27,802 bases of DNA from a virus (lineage: Duplodnaviria > Caudoviricetes), in IMG/VR virus record IMGVR_UViG_3300032303_001454, positions 1 to 27,802 of that record, one strand, 5' to 3'. A model generated the notes under the pieces. The model ran no database searches. It was not told the DNA's origin and worked only from the letters and a program-made list of their open reading frames with translations. The position numbers and the translations under genes are program-made. This document shows positions 17,055 to 25,175 of the stretch, in pieces. Within the stretch, counting starts at the first letter, position 1, and each line of letters opens with the position of its first letter.

Positions 17055-18170
17055 ATGGCACTAGAGTTTCGCACCATTGGGACCGACTTGACGCCTGACG
17101 AGTCGGGATTCCGATTTGAGGGCTACGCCGCCGTGTTCAACACCGAGAGCCGAGGACTTGACTTTACCGAGGTCATCCAGCCAGGCGCGTTTACCCGCTC
17201 CCTCACAGCTGCGACTCGCGGCGAATGGGAGATCAAGGCATACCAGGACCACGACCCCAAGATGTTCCTGGGCAGCACCCGCACGGGCACACTGAAGCTC
17301 ACCGAGGACAAGCTTGGGCTCAAGGTTGACTTGGCGCTCAACAAGGATGTGAGCTACGCGCGCGACCTTGCAGCCAATATTCGCAGGGACGGTGCAGGTG
17401 CGGGCATGAGTTTTGGCTTCACTACGCCGCGCATGGGCGACAGCTGGTCAGCCGACGGGAGCAAGCGCGAGCTGAAGTCCGTCAAGCTGCACGAGGTCAG
17501 CGTCATTGTCGGCGGGACTCCCGCCTACGAGTCCACGGTCGGTTTGGCGTCGGTGCGATCCGTCGCTCGGACGACCAAGCTTGACCCCGAGCAAGTCCGA
17601 CTTGCCCTCTCAGGGCTCATTAGCGGCAAGCTAGACCCAGAGCGGGCTGCTACTGTCCGCGCCATGCTCGGGGCGCTCTCCGTGGCTTCAGAGCCCCTTC
17701 CAGAGCCATCTGACGAGCCAGAAAGTCTGCCACTTCAGATTCGCAAGCTCCAGCTCATGCTGGCGGAGTTCCGACACCCAGGTCACGGCGACCAAAGCGT
17801 CCACAATCCGCACAAGGGCGGTGGCGCTATGGGCGGCGGTGGTGATCCTGAAGTCAACGCAAATGCAAAATCAAGTATGGGGCGGTTTGTTGGCATGGCA
17901 CGTGACGCTGGGGCAACCAAAGAGGACATTAGCGCTATGGACGGAATGAAAAACGCCGCGCTAAAGGGTCATGCAACTGGCGATATGGCGTTGCTCAAGG
18001 CGGCGCAGAAAAACGCACAAAGCCATTTGGACAGAACCTCAAAGGGGACGACAATGTCTAAAGATAAAACTGTTTCTGGCGCTGCCGCCGATGCGGGAAA
18101 CTTTGGTTTCAAGTACCTAAAAGCAAACATTGACACACTTGTAGCTGATTTGGAAAAAAGCCAGCCATAA
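17055..18170 (+). CDS. HK97-family prohead protease with tag + C-terminal extension
   Basis: FEGYAAVFN, DHD, GMSFGF and LHEVSV motifs; tag copy 5 followed by a ~117 aa extra domain. Confidence 0.9.
   Translation: MALEFRTIGTDLTPDESGFRFEGYAAVFNTESRGLDFTEVIQPGAFTRSLTAATRGEWEIKAYQDHDPKMFLGSTRTGTLKLTEDKLGLKVDLALNKDVSYARDLAANIRRDGAGAGMSFGFTTPRMGDSWSADGSKRELKSVKLHEVSVIVGGTPAYESTVGLASVRSVARTTKLDPEQVRLALSGLISGKLDPERAATVRAMLGALSVASEPLPEPSDEPESLPLQIRKLQLMLAEFRHPGHGDQSVHNPHKGGGAMGGGGDPEVNANAKSSMGRFVGMARDAGATKEDISAMDGMKNAALKGHATGDMALLKAAQKNAQSHLDRTSKGTTMSKDKTVSGAAADAGNFGFKYLKANIDTLVADLEKSQP
17766..17819 (+). repeat. Peptide tag copy 5: EFR-HPGHGDQSVHNPHKG
   Basis: Direct translation. Confidence 0.95.
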
Positions 18171-18194
18171 CAAACTCGGCACACACCGTGCCAA

Positions 18195-18204
18195 TGTGTA
18201 TAGT
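18195..18204 (+). promoter_or_regulatory. Possible extended -10 promoter (TGTG-TATAGT) for the capsid gene
   Basis: TGn + TATAGT in the 129-bp gap before the capsid gene. Confidence 0.45.
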
Positions 18205-18299
18205 TACTAGGTCAGCGACAGGACTGGACTGCCCGACGGGGTCGTCGTCAGAGCCACCGATGGCGGAAACCAATCAACCCATAGAGAAAGGATCAGACC

Positions 18300-19490
18300 A
18301 TGTCTGAAGCTGTAGTAAAGGGACTCTTGGAGTCCCGAGCTGCCGATTGGGAGCGCGCTAAGTCGCTCTTGACCATGGCAGAGGGCGAGAAGCGAGAGCT
18401 GTCCGCCGAAGAGAACGCAGAGTTTGACAAGCTTATGGTTGCGATGTCCGACAAGGACGCCAAGGCTCAGGCTGTCGCCGCTGCCGAGGAGCGTGCCGTC
18501 AAGGTTGACGGACTCCGCGCAAAGTTTGAGGTTGCCGCGACTGTCGCTGCTGCCAAGGGTGATGATGACGGCGCTGCCGCCATCCGCGCCGTTGCGCTCG
18601 GCGAGAAGCGCTCAGCTGACTTCGCAATCCGTGCCATGACGGTTTCGTCCAACACGGTCAAGAAAACCTTTGCTGACTTTGTTGTTCAGTACCTGACCGA
18701 CGTTGCGCCAGTTTACGGGTATGCCCGCAAGCTTCGCACTTCGCAGGGTGAGGACATTACGGTTCCACGCATCACCGCTAACCCAGCCGCAAACTGGATC
18801 GGCGAAGCTGGCACGATCACCGCTGGTGACCCTACGATTGGTAGCATCACCCTCGGCGCTTACAAGCTGGCTGCTCTTACGCTTATGTCGTCAGAAATCC
18901 TGAACGACGCCGCGTTTGACATCGCCGCTTATGTGGGCGAGCACGCAGGACGACAGATCAGCCTTGTGGCTGGTTCGGCGTTCACTGTTGGTACGGGCAC
19001 TGCCCAGCCAACGGGCTTCATCACGGCTGCAACGGCTGCTTCGCGCACCGTTACGGCTGCTGGTTCGGGCGCGTTTTTCGGTGCAACTGACGTACTTGAC
19101 CTGATTTACTCGGGTCTTGCTGCGCCGTACCGAAACATGGACACGGTGATCTTTGGCTCCACCACGGCGGTGTCAAAGATTCGCAAGCTCCAGGACGTGA
19201 ACGGGCAGTTCCTGTTCACCCCTGGTATCAACGGTGGGCAGCCTGACCGTTTGGCGGGCTACACCTTCGTTGAGAACAGCTCAATGGCGGCTGTTGGCTC
19301 GGCAAGCAAGTCGCTTGCAGTGCTTCACACCCCGTCGTATATCGTCCGCGAAGTCGGAAACATCCAGGTGGCTCAGTCCTCGGACCGCTACTTTGAGACC
19401 GACCAGGTCGCACTCCGCACGATCTATCGTGTGGACGCCAACCTGCTTGACACGGGCGCAGTAGCTGTACTCGTCAGCAAGAACACCTAA
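18300..19490 (+). CDS. Major capsid protein, HK97 fold with delta domain
   Basis: Coiled-coil N-terminus (EKRELSAEE), WIGEAG, AYKLA, SEILND, GTGTAQPTG, KLQDVNGQFLF and FETDQVALR. Confidence 0.95.
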   Translation: MSEAVVKGLLESRAADWERAKSLLTMAEGEKRELSAEENAEFDKLMVAMSDKDAKAQAVAAAEERAVKVDGLRAKFEVAATVAAAKGDDDGAAAIRAVALGEKRSADFAIRAMTVSSNTVKKTFADFVVQYLTDVAPVYGYARKLRTSQGEDITVPRITANPAANWIGEAGTITAGDPTIGSITLGAYKLAALTLMSSEILNDAAFDIAAYVGEHAGRQISLVAGSAFTVGTGTAQPTGFITAATAASRTVTAAGSGAFFGATDVLDLIYSGLAAPYRNMDTVIFGSTTAVSKIRKLQDVNGQFLFTPGINGGQPDRLAGYTFVENSSMAAVGSASKSLAVLHTPSYIVREVGNIQVAQSSDRYFETDQVALRTIYRVDANLLDTGAVAVLVSKNT

Positions 19491-19518
19491 GTTCTGCTGG
19501 TCACCTGGTAGGTGACAA

Positions 19519-19560
19519 CTAACGCCCCAGGGCTTATGCTCTGGGGCGTTAGCTCTTTCT
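19519..19560 (+). terminator. Intrinsic terminator after the capsid gene
   Basis: CTAACGCCCCAGGGC-TTAT-GCTCTGGGGCGTTAG stem, then CTCTTTCT; a second small hairpin at 19500-19516. Confidence 0.7.
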
Positions 19561-19584
19561 AGGGCACAAACATATGGAGGTGGT

Positions 19585-20790
19585 ATGAAGCTCGCATGGT
19601 TTAGTAACTCCCCGTGGGCGGGAACGGGATACGGCGCCCAGACCGCCGAGGTACTCCCTCGGTTGAAGGCAGACGGTCATGACATCGCCGTCGTCAGCAA
19701 CTATGGATTGGCTGGAGCTGTGCTGGACTGGCAAGGCATACCAGTCTTGCCGATGGGTTTTGAGGCGTACTCCAACGATCTCGCGGGCGCGCACGTAGCC
19801 AACTGGGTCAAAGGTCAAGGCTGGGGCATTTGTTTGTACGACGTCTGGACCATCAAGGGACCGCTCTGGAACGGAGTCCCCCTTGCCGCCTGGGTTCCCG
19901 TAGACCACGATCCAGCGCCAGCCGAGGTCGTCAACTGGTTCACTATTCCTGGCGAGCTGCGTTTGCCGATTGCCATGTCCAAGTTCGGCAAGGCACGGCT
20001 GGAGGCGGCGGGGCTCAAAGACGTCCTGTATGCCCCGCACTCGGTCAACACCCAGCTCTACTCGGAGTCGGGCAACAACTTCCGCGAGCAGCTTGGCATC
20101 CCTAAAGACGTGCACCTCACCGTGATCAACGGAGCCAACAAGGGAGTCCCGAGCCGCAAGAGCTTCCCCGAGATGCTGGCAGCTTGGTCAATCTTTGCCA
20201 AGAATCGCAAGGATGCCTGGCTTTACCTGCACACCGACCAGAACGGTCTGGCTGGCGGCATCCAACTCAAGCGACTTCTGGCAGCTGTCCAGGCGCCCGA
20301 GGACCGCATCCGCTTTGTCCCGCAGTACCAGTACCGCAGCGGCATTCCGACTGAGGAAATGCCAGCTGTGTACCGCATGGGCGACGTCCTACTCTCTACA
20401 TCGCGCGGGGAGGGGTTTGGCGTCCCTGTCCTGGAGTCCCTGGCTGTTGGCGTCCCAGCTATCGTGTCCGACTGGACCGCGCAGCCCGAGCTGCTCGGAG
20501 CTGGCTGGAAGGTCGGCGGGCAGCCTGAGTGGAACGAGGGCATGGCGAGTTGGTGGCTCTGCCCCAACATCGGCGAGATTGTTGCCGCCCTGGAGGAGTC
20601 GTACGCAATGAAGGGCGACACCAAGGGATCGGCAACCCTGTCGGCGCAAGCTCGCAAGTTCGCGCTGGATTACGACACTGACACAGTTTATGCCAAGTAT
20701 TGGCGACCTATCCTTGCCGAGCTAGAGTCCCGACTTCCAAAGCCAGCTGCGCTCAACCGCGAGCAGCGACGAGCTCTGAAGGCAAAGTAA
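19585..20790 (+). CDS. GT-B (GT4-like) glycosyltransferase
   Basis: TGYGAQT N-motif, RKSF and EGFGVPVLESLAVGVPAIVSD (Ex7E). Confidence 0.9.
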   Translation: MKLAWFSNSPWAGTGYGAQTAEVLPRLKADGHDIAVVSNYGLAGAVLDWQGIPVLPMGFEAYSNDLAGAHVANWVKGQGWGICLYDVWTIKGPLWNGVPLAAWVPVDHDPAPAEVVNWFTIPGELRLPIAMSKFGKARLEAAGLKDVLYAPHSVNTQLYSESGNNFREQLGIPKDVHLTVINGANKGVPSRKSFPEMLAAWSIFAKNRKDAWLYLHTDQNGLAGGIQLKRLLAAVQAPEDRIRFVPQYQYRSGIPTEEMPAVYRMGDVLLSTSRGEGFGVPVLESLAVGVPAIVSDWTAQPELLGAGWKVGGQPEWNEGMASWWLCPNIGEIVAALEESYAMKGDTKGSATLSAQARKFALDYDTDTVYAKYWRPILAELESRLPKPAALNREQRRALKAK

Positions 20791-20845
20791 GACGCAGCGC
20801 ATGGTACCCTAGCGCGACGGCAACCCACTAGTCCGAGGAGAAACC

Positions 20846-21199
20846 ATGGCTACAAACAACCAGTACGACCTGGAAATCAAGCAAGGCGCCACGCTGTCGT
20901 TGACCGCAACGTGGAAAGATTCTACGGGCGCGGCTATCAACCTGACTGGCTACACAGCGCGGATGCAGGTGCGCGCAACCTATGATGCAGCCAGCACCAT
21001 TGTTAGCTTGACCAGCAGCTCTGGGATCACGCTTGGGGGGTCAGCTGGGACTATTGCCGTATTGGTTAGCGCGTCTGCGACTGCCGCCCTATCAGCTCCG
21101 TGGGCGGGCGTATGGGACCTTGAGCTTGTTTCTGGAGGTGGCGAAGTCACACGCTTGCTGGAGGGAGCTGCGACCGTATCGCCCGAGGTAACCCGATGA
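20846..21199 (+). CDS. Virion structural protein (fibre adaptor-like)
   Basis: IKQGAT...INLTGYTARMQVR...WDLEL...TRLLEG...PEVTR pattern, common upstream of phage fibres. Confidence 0.65.
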   Translation: MATNNQYDLEIKQGATLSLTATWKDSTGAAINLTGYTARMQVRATYDAASTIVSLTSSSGITLGGSAGTIAVLVSASATAALSAPWAGVWDLELVSGGGEVTRLLEGAATVSPEVTR

Positions 21200-22443
21200 G
21201 CGTAACTGTTACCAAAACGGTTCAGACGGTTGAAGTAACACAGAACAATCAGACCGTCACGCTGACTCCAGTCACGCAGACGGTTGCGGTCGCCGCAGCT
21301 GGACCACAGGGCGCGACAGGTGCGACTGGTGCGACTGGTGCCACGGGCGCGCAAGGCATTCAGGGTATTCAGGGAGCCACGGGTGCGACAGGCGCAGCGG
21401 GAACAAACGGCACAAATGGTACGAACGGCACTAACGGCACTAATGGTCAGGGCGTGCCGACTGGCGGCACAACAGGACAGGTGCTTGCAAAGATCAACGC
21501 AACCGATTACAACACGCAGTGGACGACTCCAGCCAGCAGCGGAGTCACGTCAATCACTGGTACTGCAAATCAGGTGGTTGCCAGCGCAAGTAGTGGAGCA
21601 GTGACGCTAAGTCTTCCGCAGTCCATTGGCACGGCTAACAGTCCGCTATTCAACACCATCAAAATCACACCAGATAGTGCTGGCGCGGTCACGACATCTG
21701 ATGGTGAGTTTGTTTATCGGAATGATGAATACGCACGGATCAGTTTCAATGTTGCAGGATCAGAAAAGCAGGTGTATCCAGTGCCAGCAGCGACAACATC
21801 AACTGCTGGCGCTGTTTACCTCAGCACTTCAACCAGCGACACTAGTACAACTACGGCAGCAACACCAAGCGCAGTAAAAGCAGCGTATGACCTCACGAAT
21901 ACAGGACTGGCTTCTTATCTGTTTGGCTCAACAATCGGCAGCAGCGGAGAAATCCCGAATGCTCCACATTTCGTCTTCAGCGCTGCGGTAACCACCACTT
22001 CGGGACAAGTGTACTGGACTCGTATTGTTCCATATCGCACAATCACGGTCAGCAATCTGTCGTTTGGTGTCAGCACGGCTTCATCAGGTTTGACTTTGGC
22101 ACGATTCGGAATCTATACGCGCAGCGGCAGCACACTCACACTGCAAGCGCGCACAGCATCTGATACAACGATTTTCAACTCAACAAACAGCAAGGTGACT
22201 CGTGCTCTAAATACCACAGGCGGATACCCTGCTACCTATACAATGACTGCTGGCACGGAATACTGGCTTGCCGTCATTCAAGTTGGAACGAGCATTGGAG
22301 CGTTGATTTACAACAACCTTTCCAGCATCACATCGGGTATCTTTGGAATCCGCTCATACACCCTTGCAAGTCAGTCTGATCTTCCTGCGAGTACGGCAAG
22401 CGCCTCAAGTGCCACGGCACTTTATTATGGGGCAGTATCCTGA
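21196..22443 (+). CDS. Collagen-like fibre protein
   Basis: Gly-X-Y run; tail-fibre repeat AATPSAVKAAYD; Ser/Thr-rich C-terminal domain. Confidence 0.8.
   Translation: MSVTVTKTVQTVEVTQNNQTVTLTPVTQTVAVAAAGPQGATGATGATGATGAQGIQGIQGATGATGAAGTNGTNGTNGTNGTNGQGVPTGGTTGQVLAKINATDYNTQWTTPASSGVTSITGTANQVVASASSGAVTLSLPQSIGTANSPLFNTIKITPDSAGAVTTSDGEFVYRNDEYARISFNVAGSEKQVYPVPAATTSTAGAVYLSTSTSDTSTTTAATPSAVKAAYDLTNTGLASYLFGSTIGSSGEIPNAPHFVFSAAVTTTSGQVYWTRIVPYRTITVSNLSFGVSTASSGLTLARFGIYTRSGSTLTLQARTASDTTIFNSTNSKVTRALNTTGGYPATYTMTAGTEYWLAVIQVGTSIGALIYNNLSSITSGIFGIRSYTLASQSDLPASTASASSATALYYGAVS
21301..21453 (+). repeat. Collagen Gly-X-Y tandem repeats (GAT, GIQ, GTN)
   Basis: 9-nt periodic repeats. Confidence 0.9.
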
Positions 22444-22568
22444 TGCAAGTCATCACTGAGCCAGCCTACCTAGACGAGCAGACTGGTAAGATGGTTGAGA
22501 TTGTCCGAGACGCAGAGACTGGCGAGATCATCGGCAAGAACGAGCGTATGCCTGAAGCTGAGGAGTAG
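22443..22568 (+). CDS. Small acidic protein (41 aa, MQVITEPAYLDEQTGKMVEIVRDAETGEIIG...), possible fibre chaperone; not in the ORF track
   Basis: TGATG coupling; fills the gap to the next gene. Confidence 0.65.
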   Translation: MQVITEPAYLDEQTGKMVEIVRDAETGEIIGKNERMPEAEE

Positions 22569-22570
22569 AA

Positions 22571-23182
22571 ATGGCAATCACTAACGGATATTGCACCAGA
22601 GAGGACCTAAAGCTCGCACTATCTATTGGCGCGTCTGATACCAACGACGACAACACGTTGGACGACATTGTCAATGCCGTCAGCCGCATGGTTGACGACT
22701 ACACGGGGCAGTTTTTCTACACCATTAGCGCTGGGACTGCCTATTTTGAGCCCAAGGTGAGCAACAAGATTCCGACCTACCCGTTTACGTCTATCAGCTC
22801 AATCACGGTTGACACCGACGCCGACCTGACCTACGAAACGGTGCTGGTCGCTACCGACTGGCACGCCAAGCCGTCCAACGCAGCAATCTTTGGCAAGCCG
22901 TACATGGGCATTGAGCTCACTGCCAACTGCACGGTTGCCTTGCCAGTTGACCTACCGCGCGGCGTCAAGATCATCGCCAACTGGGGCTACAGCTCAGTGC
23001 CAACGGAGGTCAAACAGGCAACCGTGATTGCCAGCTGCCACCTGTACGAAGCCCGCAAAGCCTACCTGGGCGTCATCGGCAATAGCGACACGGGCGGGGT
23101 TGTCAGGCTCAGCCAGCGACTCCACCCCGAGGCGGCGCTGCTGCTGGAGCCGTTCAAGCTGTACCAGGGAGTCGCCGTCTAG
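22571..23182 (+). CDS. Head-tail connector (gp6/gp15-like)
   Basis: MAITNGYCT..DLK, VDDYTG and WGYSSVPTEVKQA. Confidence 0.8.
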   Translation: MAITNGYCTREDLKLALSIGASDTNDDNTLDDIVNAVSRMVDDYTGQFFYTISAGTAYFEPKVSNKIPTYPFTSISSITVDTDADLTYETVLVATDWHAKPSNAAIFGKPYMGIELTANCTVALPVDLPRGVKIIANWGYSSVPTEVKQATVIASCHLYEARKAYLGVIGNSDTGGVVRLSQRLHPEAALLLEPFKLYQGVAV

Positions 23183-23616
23183 TGGACGACGTTGCCGTTA
23201 CCCAGGCGCTGGCGGCTCGGGTCACTGCCGTCAGCGGACCGACTGGCTACGCTCCGATCCGCAAGGCGTACGCATTCCCGCCCGACGCGATCAGCCAGAC
23301 CCCCGCGTGCCTGGTCATGGCTCAGGGCGACTCCATGGAATATGGCGGGCAAACCCGTCGGACTATTGTGACCTTTGCCGTGCGTTTGTACCTAGAGCCA
23401 GTGGCGGACCTAGCTCGCCGCATCCAGATGATGACCGCCTACCGCACATGGCTGCGCGATCTATACAATGGCGCTGTTACACTTGGCGGACTGGTAGACC
23501 AGGCAAGCTGCGTCAGCACCGATCTCGGCGCCGACGAGTTTGGCGGGGTAAACTACCTCACAGTTGAAGCTCGTATTGAGTGTGTCAAACAGGAAGCCGT
23601 GAGCTTCACGGCATAG
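23182..23616 (+). CDS. Tail terminator/completion-like protein
   Basis: Size and position before the tail tube; TLGGLV motif. Confidence 0.6.
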   Translation: MDDVAVTQALAARVTAVSGPTGYAPIRKAYAFPPDAISQTPACLVMAQGDSMEYGGQTRRTIVTFAVRLYLEPVADLARRIQMMTAYRTWLRDLYNGAVTLGGLVDQASCVSTDLGADEFGGVNYLTVEARIECVKQEAVSFTA

Positions 23617-23632
23617 CAGGGAGAAGCAAGAC

Positions 23633-24667
23633 ATGGCAAACGGCGCGTTGGTATTCGGCAAGCTTGTTGTAAAGGGCGAGTCTAGCTACGGCTCGGGCGC
23701 CGCAGCCGACTTCGCCACGGGCGGACGCCGCATGAACGTCACCCCGACTGGCGTTGTTTCGCTTGGTCTTGAGTACGACACGGGCGCAGACCGCACCATC
23801 GGCATTCGCAACCCCCTGATTGCCAGCCGAGTAGTCAAGCTCAGCGAAAACCCAGAGGTCACGATTGACGCCCCTGCCGTCACGACCGACGACCTTGCCG
23901 TGTGGCTCAGCGCAATCCAGAAAACTAACGCTGGCGGCACGCCAACTGGCACCGCAGCTCCGTACACGTGGTCCATGCCAATCGGCTTGAGCGTCGGCTC
24001 GGCGATTGCGCCAAAGAGCTTGGAAGCCATTGTCCTAGATAACAACCAGGGCTACCATATCTCGGGCATCCTTCCGACTTCCGTCAGCCTTTCAGCCGAC
24101 GCTTCGGGCGTTACTAGCCTCTCGGTTAGCGCGTTTGCCGAGGCAGTTACTAAGACTAGCCAGGCAACTGCTGACGCGGTAGACGTCACGGGGCGCTCTA
24201 TGCCAGGGCGACTCTGGAGCGCAAGCTACGGCACTGCGTTCCTGACCGCTGGCACCACGGGCGGCACGGCGTTCACCCATCTGATGGACTGGTCGCTTGA
24301 GTTCCAGACGGGTATGGCTCCAATCAACGCCCAGGCTGGCACGATTACGGCTGTTGACTACAACCAGTTTGCTGGTCCAGTTGGCGGCACCCTGAGCTTG
24401 ACCGTAGCGTCTAACGACGTTGCAGTCGCCCAGCTCTTTGACAAGCTCGGGACCAAGAGCTACTGGCGCCTTCACTGGGAGGACGCTGGCAGCCCAGCGC
24501 ACTCGGTGGACATCCTAGTTTGTGCGGTCCCGACCTCTGTGGAAATCATGTCTGGCGATGCCGACGGCTTGATTACCTACGGCGCAGAGCTTATGCTTGC
24601 AACAGACGACAACGGCACCGCTTCGGTGACGTTCCAAGTCAAGAATAGCTTGAGCGTTCTGCCGTAA
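23633..24667 (+). CDS. Major tail tube protein
   Basis: Position before the chaperone and TMP; N-terminal ESSYG; beta-rich, 344 aa. Confidence 0.75.
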   Translation: MANGALVFGKLVVKGESSYGSGAAADFATGGRRMNVTPTGVVSLGLEYDTGADRTIGIRNPLIASRVVKLSENPEVTIDAPAVTTDDLAVWLSAIQKTNAGGTPTGTAAPYTWSMPIGLSVGSAIAPKSLEAIVLDNNQGYHISGILPTSVSLSADASGVTSLSVSAFAEAVTKTSQATADAVDVTGRSMPGRLWSASYGTAFLTAGTTGGTAFTHLMDWSLEFQTGMAPINAQAGTITAVDYNQFAGPVGGTLSLTVASNDVAVAQLFDKLGTKSYWRLHWEDAGSPAHSVDILVCAVPTSVEIMSGDADGLITYGAELMLATDDNGTASVTFQVKNSLSVLP

Positions 24668-24690
24668 GGTAGAGCTCGGGGGAGGGAATC

Positions 24691-24978
24691 ATGCCAAACA
24701 AGCCAGCAGCACGGACGATCCGAGTAGACCTACAGGCGCCCTACGAGGGCTTTTACGCCGTTGTGAAGGTGGACTTCCCAGCGCGCATCTTGCTAGAGCT
24801 TCAGTCGGGCGACTTTGAGCGCACGATGGAAGCGTTTAGCAAGCTTGTCCTGGACCATAACCTAACCGACGAGTCGGGGGCTAAGGTGACGTCATTCCTG
24901 GACGTTGACCCAGTGGAGCTTGCCAACAAGGTTATTGAGCGTTGGGGTGACGAGCTGGGAAAACTCCCGCCGCGCTGA
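24691..24978 (+). CDS. Tail assembly chaperone (gpG-like)
   Basis: Follows the tail tube; slippery site near the 3' end. Confidence 0.8.
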   Translation: MPNKPAARTIRVDLQAPYEGFYAVVKVDFPARILLELQSGDFERTMEAFSKLVLDHNLTDESGAKVTSFLDVDPVELANKVIERWGDELGKLPPR

Positions 24979-25169
24979 GGTCGGCGGCGCGGCGTATCGC
25001 GCTCGGACAACCGTCCAGCCCACCGACAGAGCTGGTCTTTCTCCTACTAGCCAAAGAGTTTGGCACCACGCCAGACGTCATCGCCGAGAAACCAGCGATA
25101 GACGTTCTACGATGGTGGCAGCTGGTTATTGACATTCAGCCTAAGCAACCAAACGTACCGAGAAGGTAG
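24957..25169 (+). CDS. -1 frameshift extension of the chaperone (gpGT-like, 24691-25169)
   Basis: In-frame G GGA AAA at 24957-24963; the -1 frame is open to TAG 25167-25169 (LLLAKEFGTTPDVIAE...RWW). Confidence 0.8.
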   Translation, partial: GKTPAALRSAARRIALGQPSSPPTELVFLLLAKEFGTTPDVIAEKPAIDVLRWWQLVIDIQPKQPNVPRR

Positions 25170-25175
25170 GAGCTC

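Noticed and set aside
13200-17819. Five dispersed DNA repeats as a CRISPR array, iterons or DGR repeats
   Set aside because: They are in frame within ORFs, 0.6-1.9 kb apart and vary at synonymous sites; no cas or reverse transcriptase gene is present.
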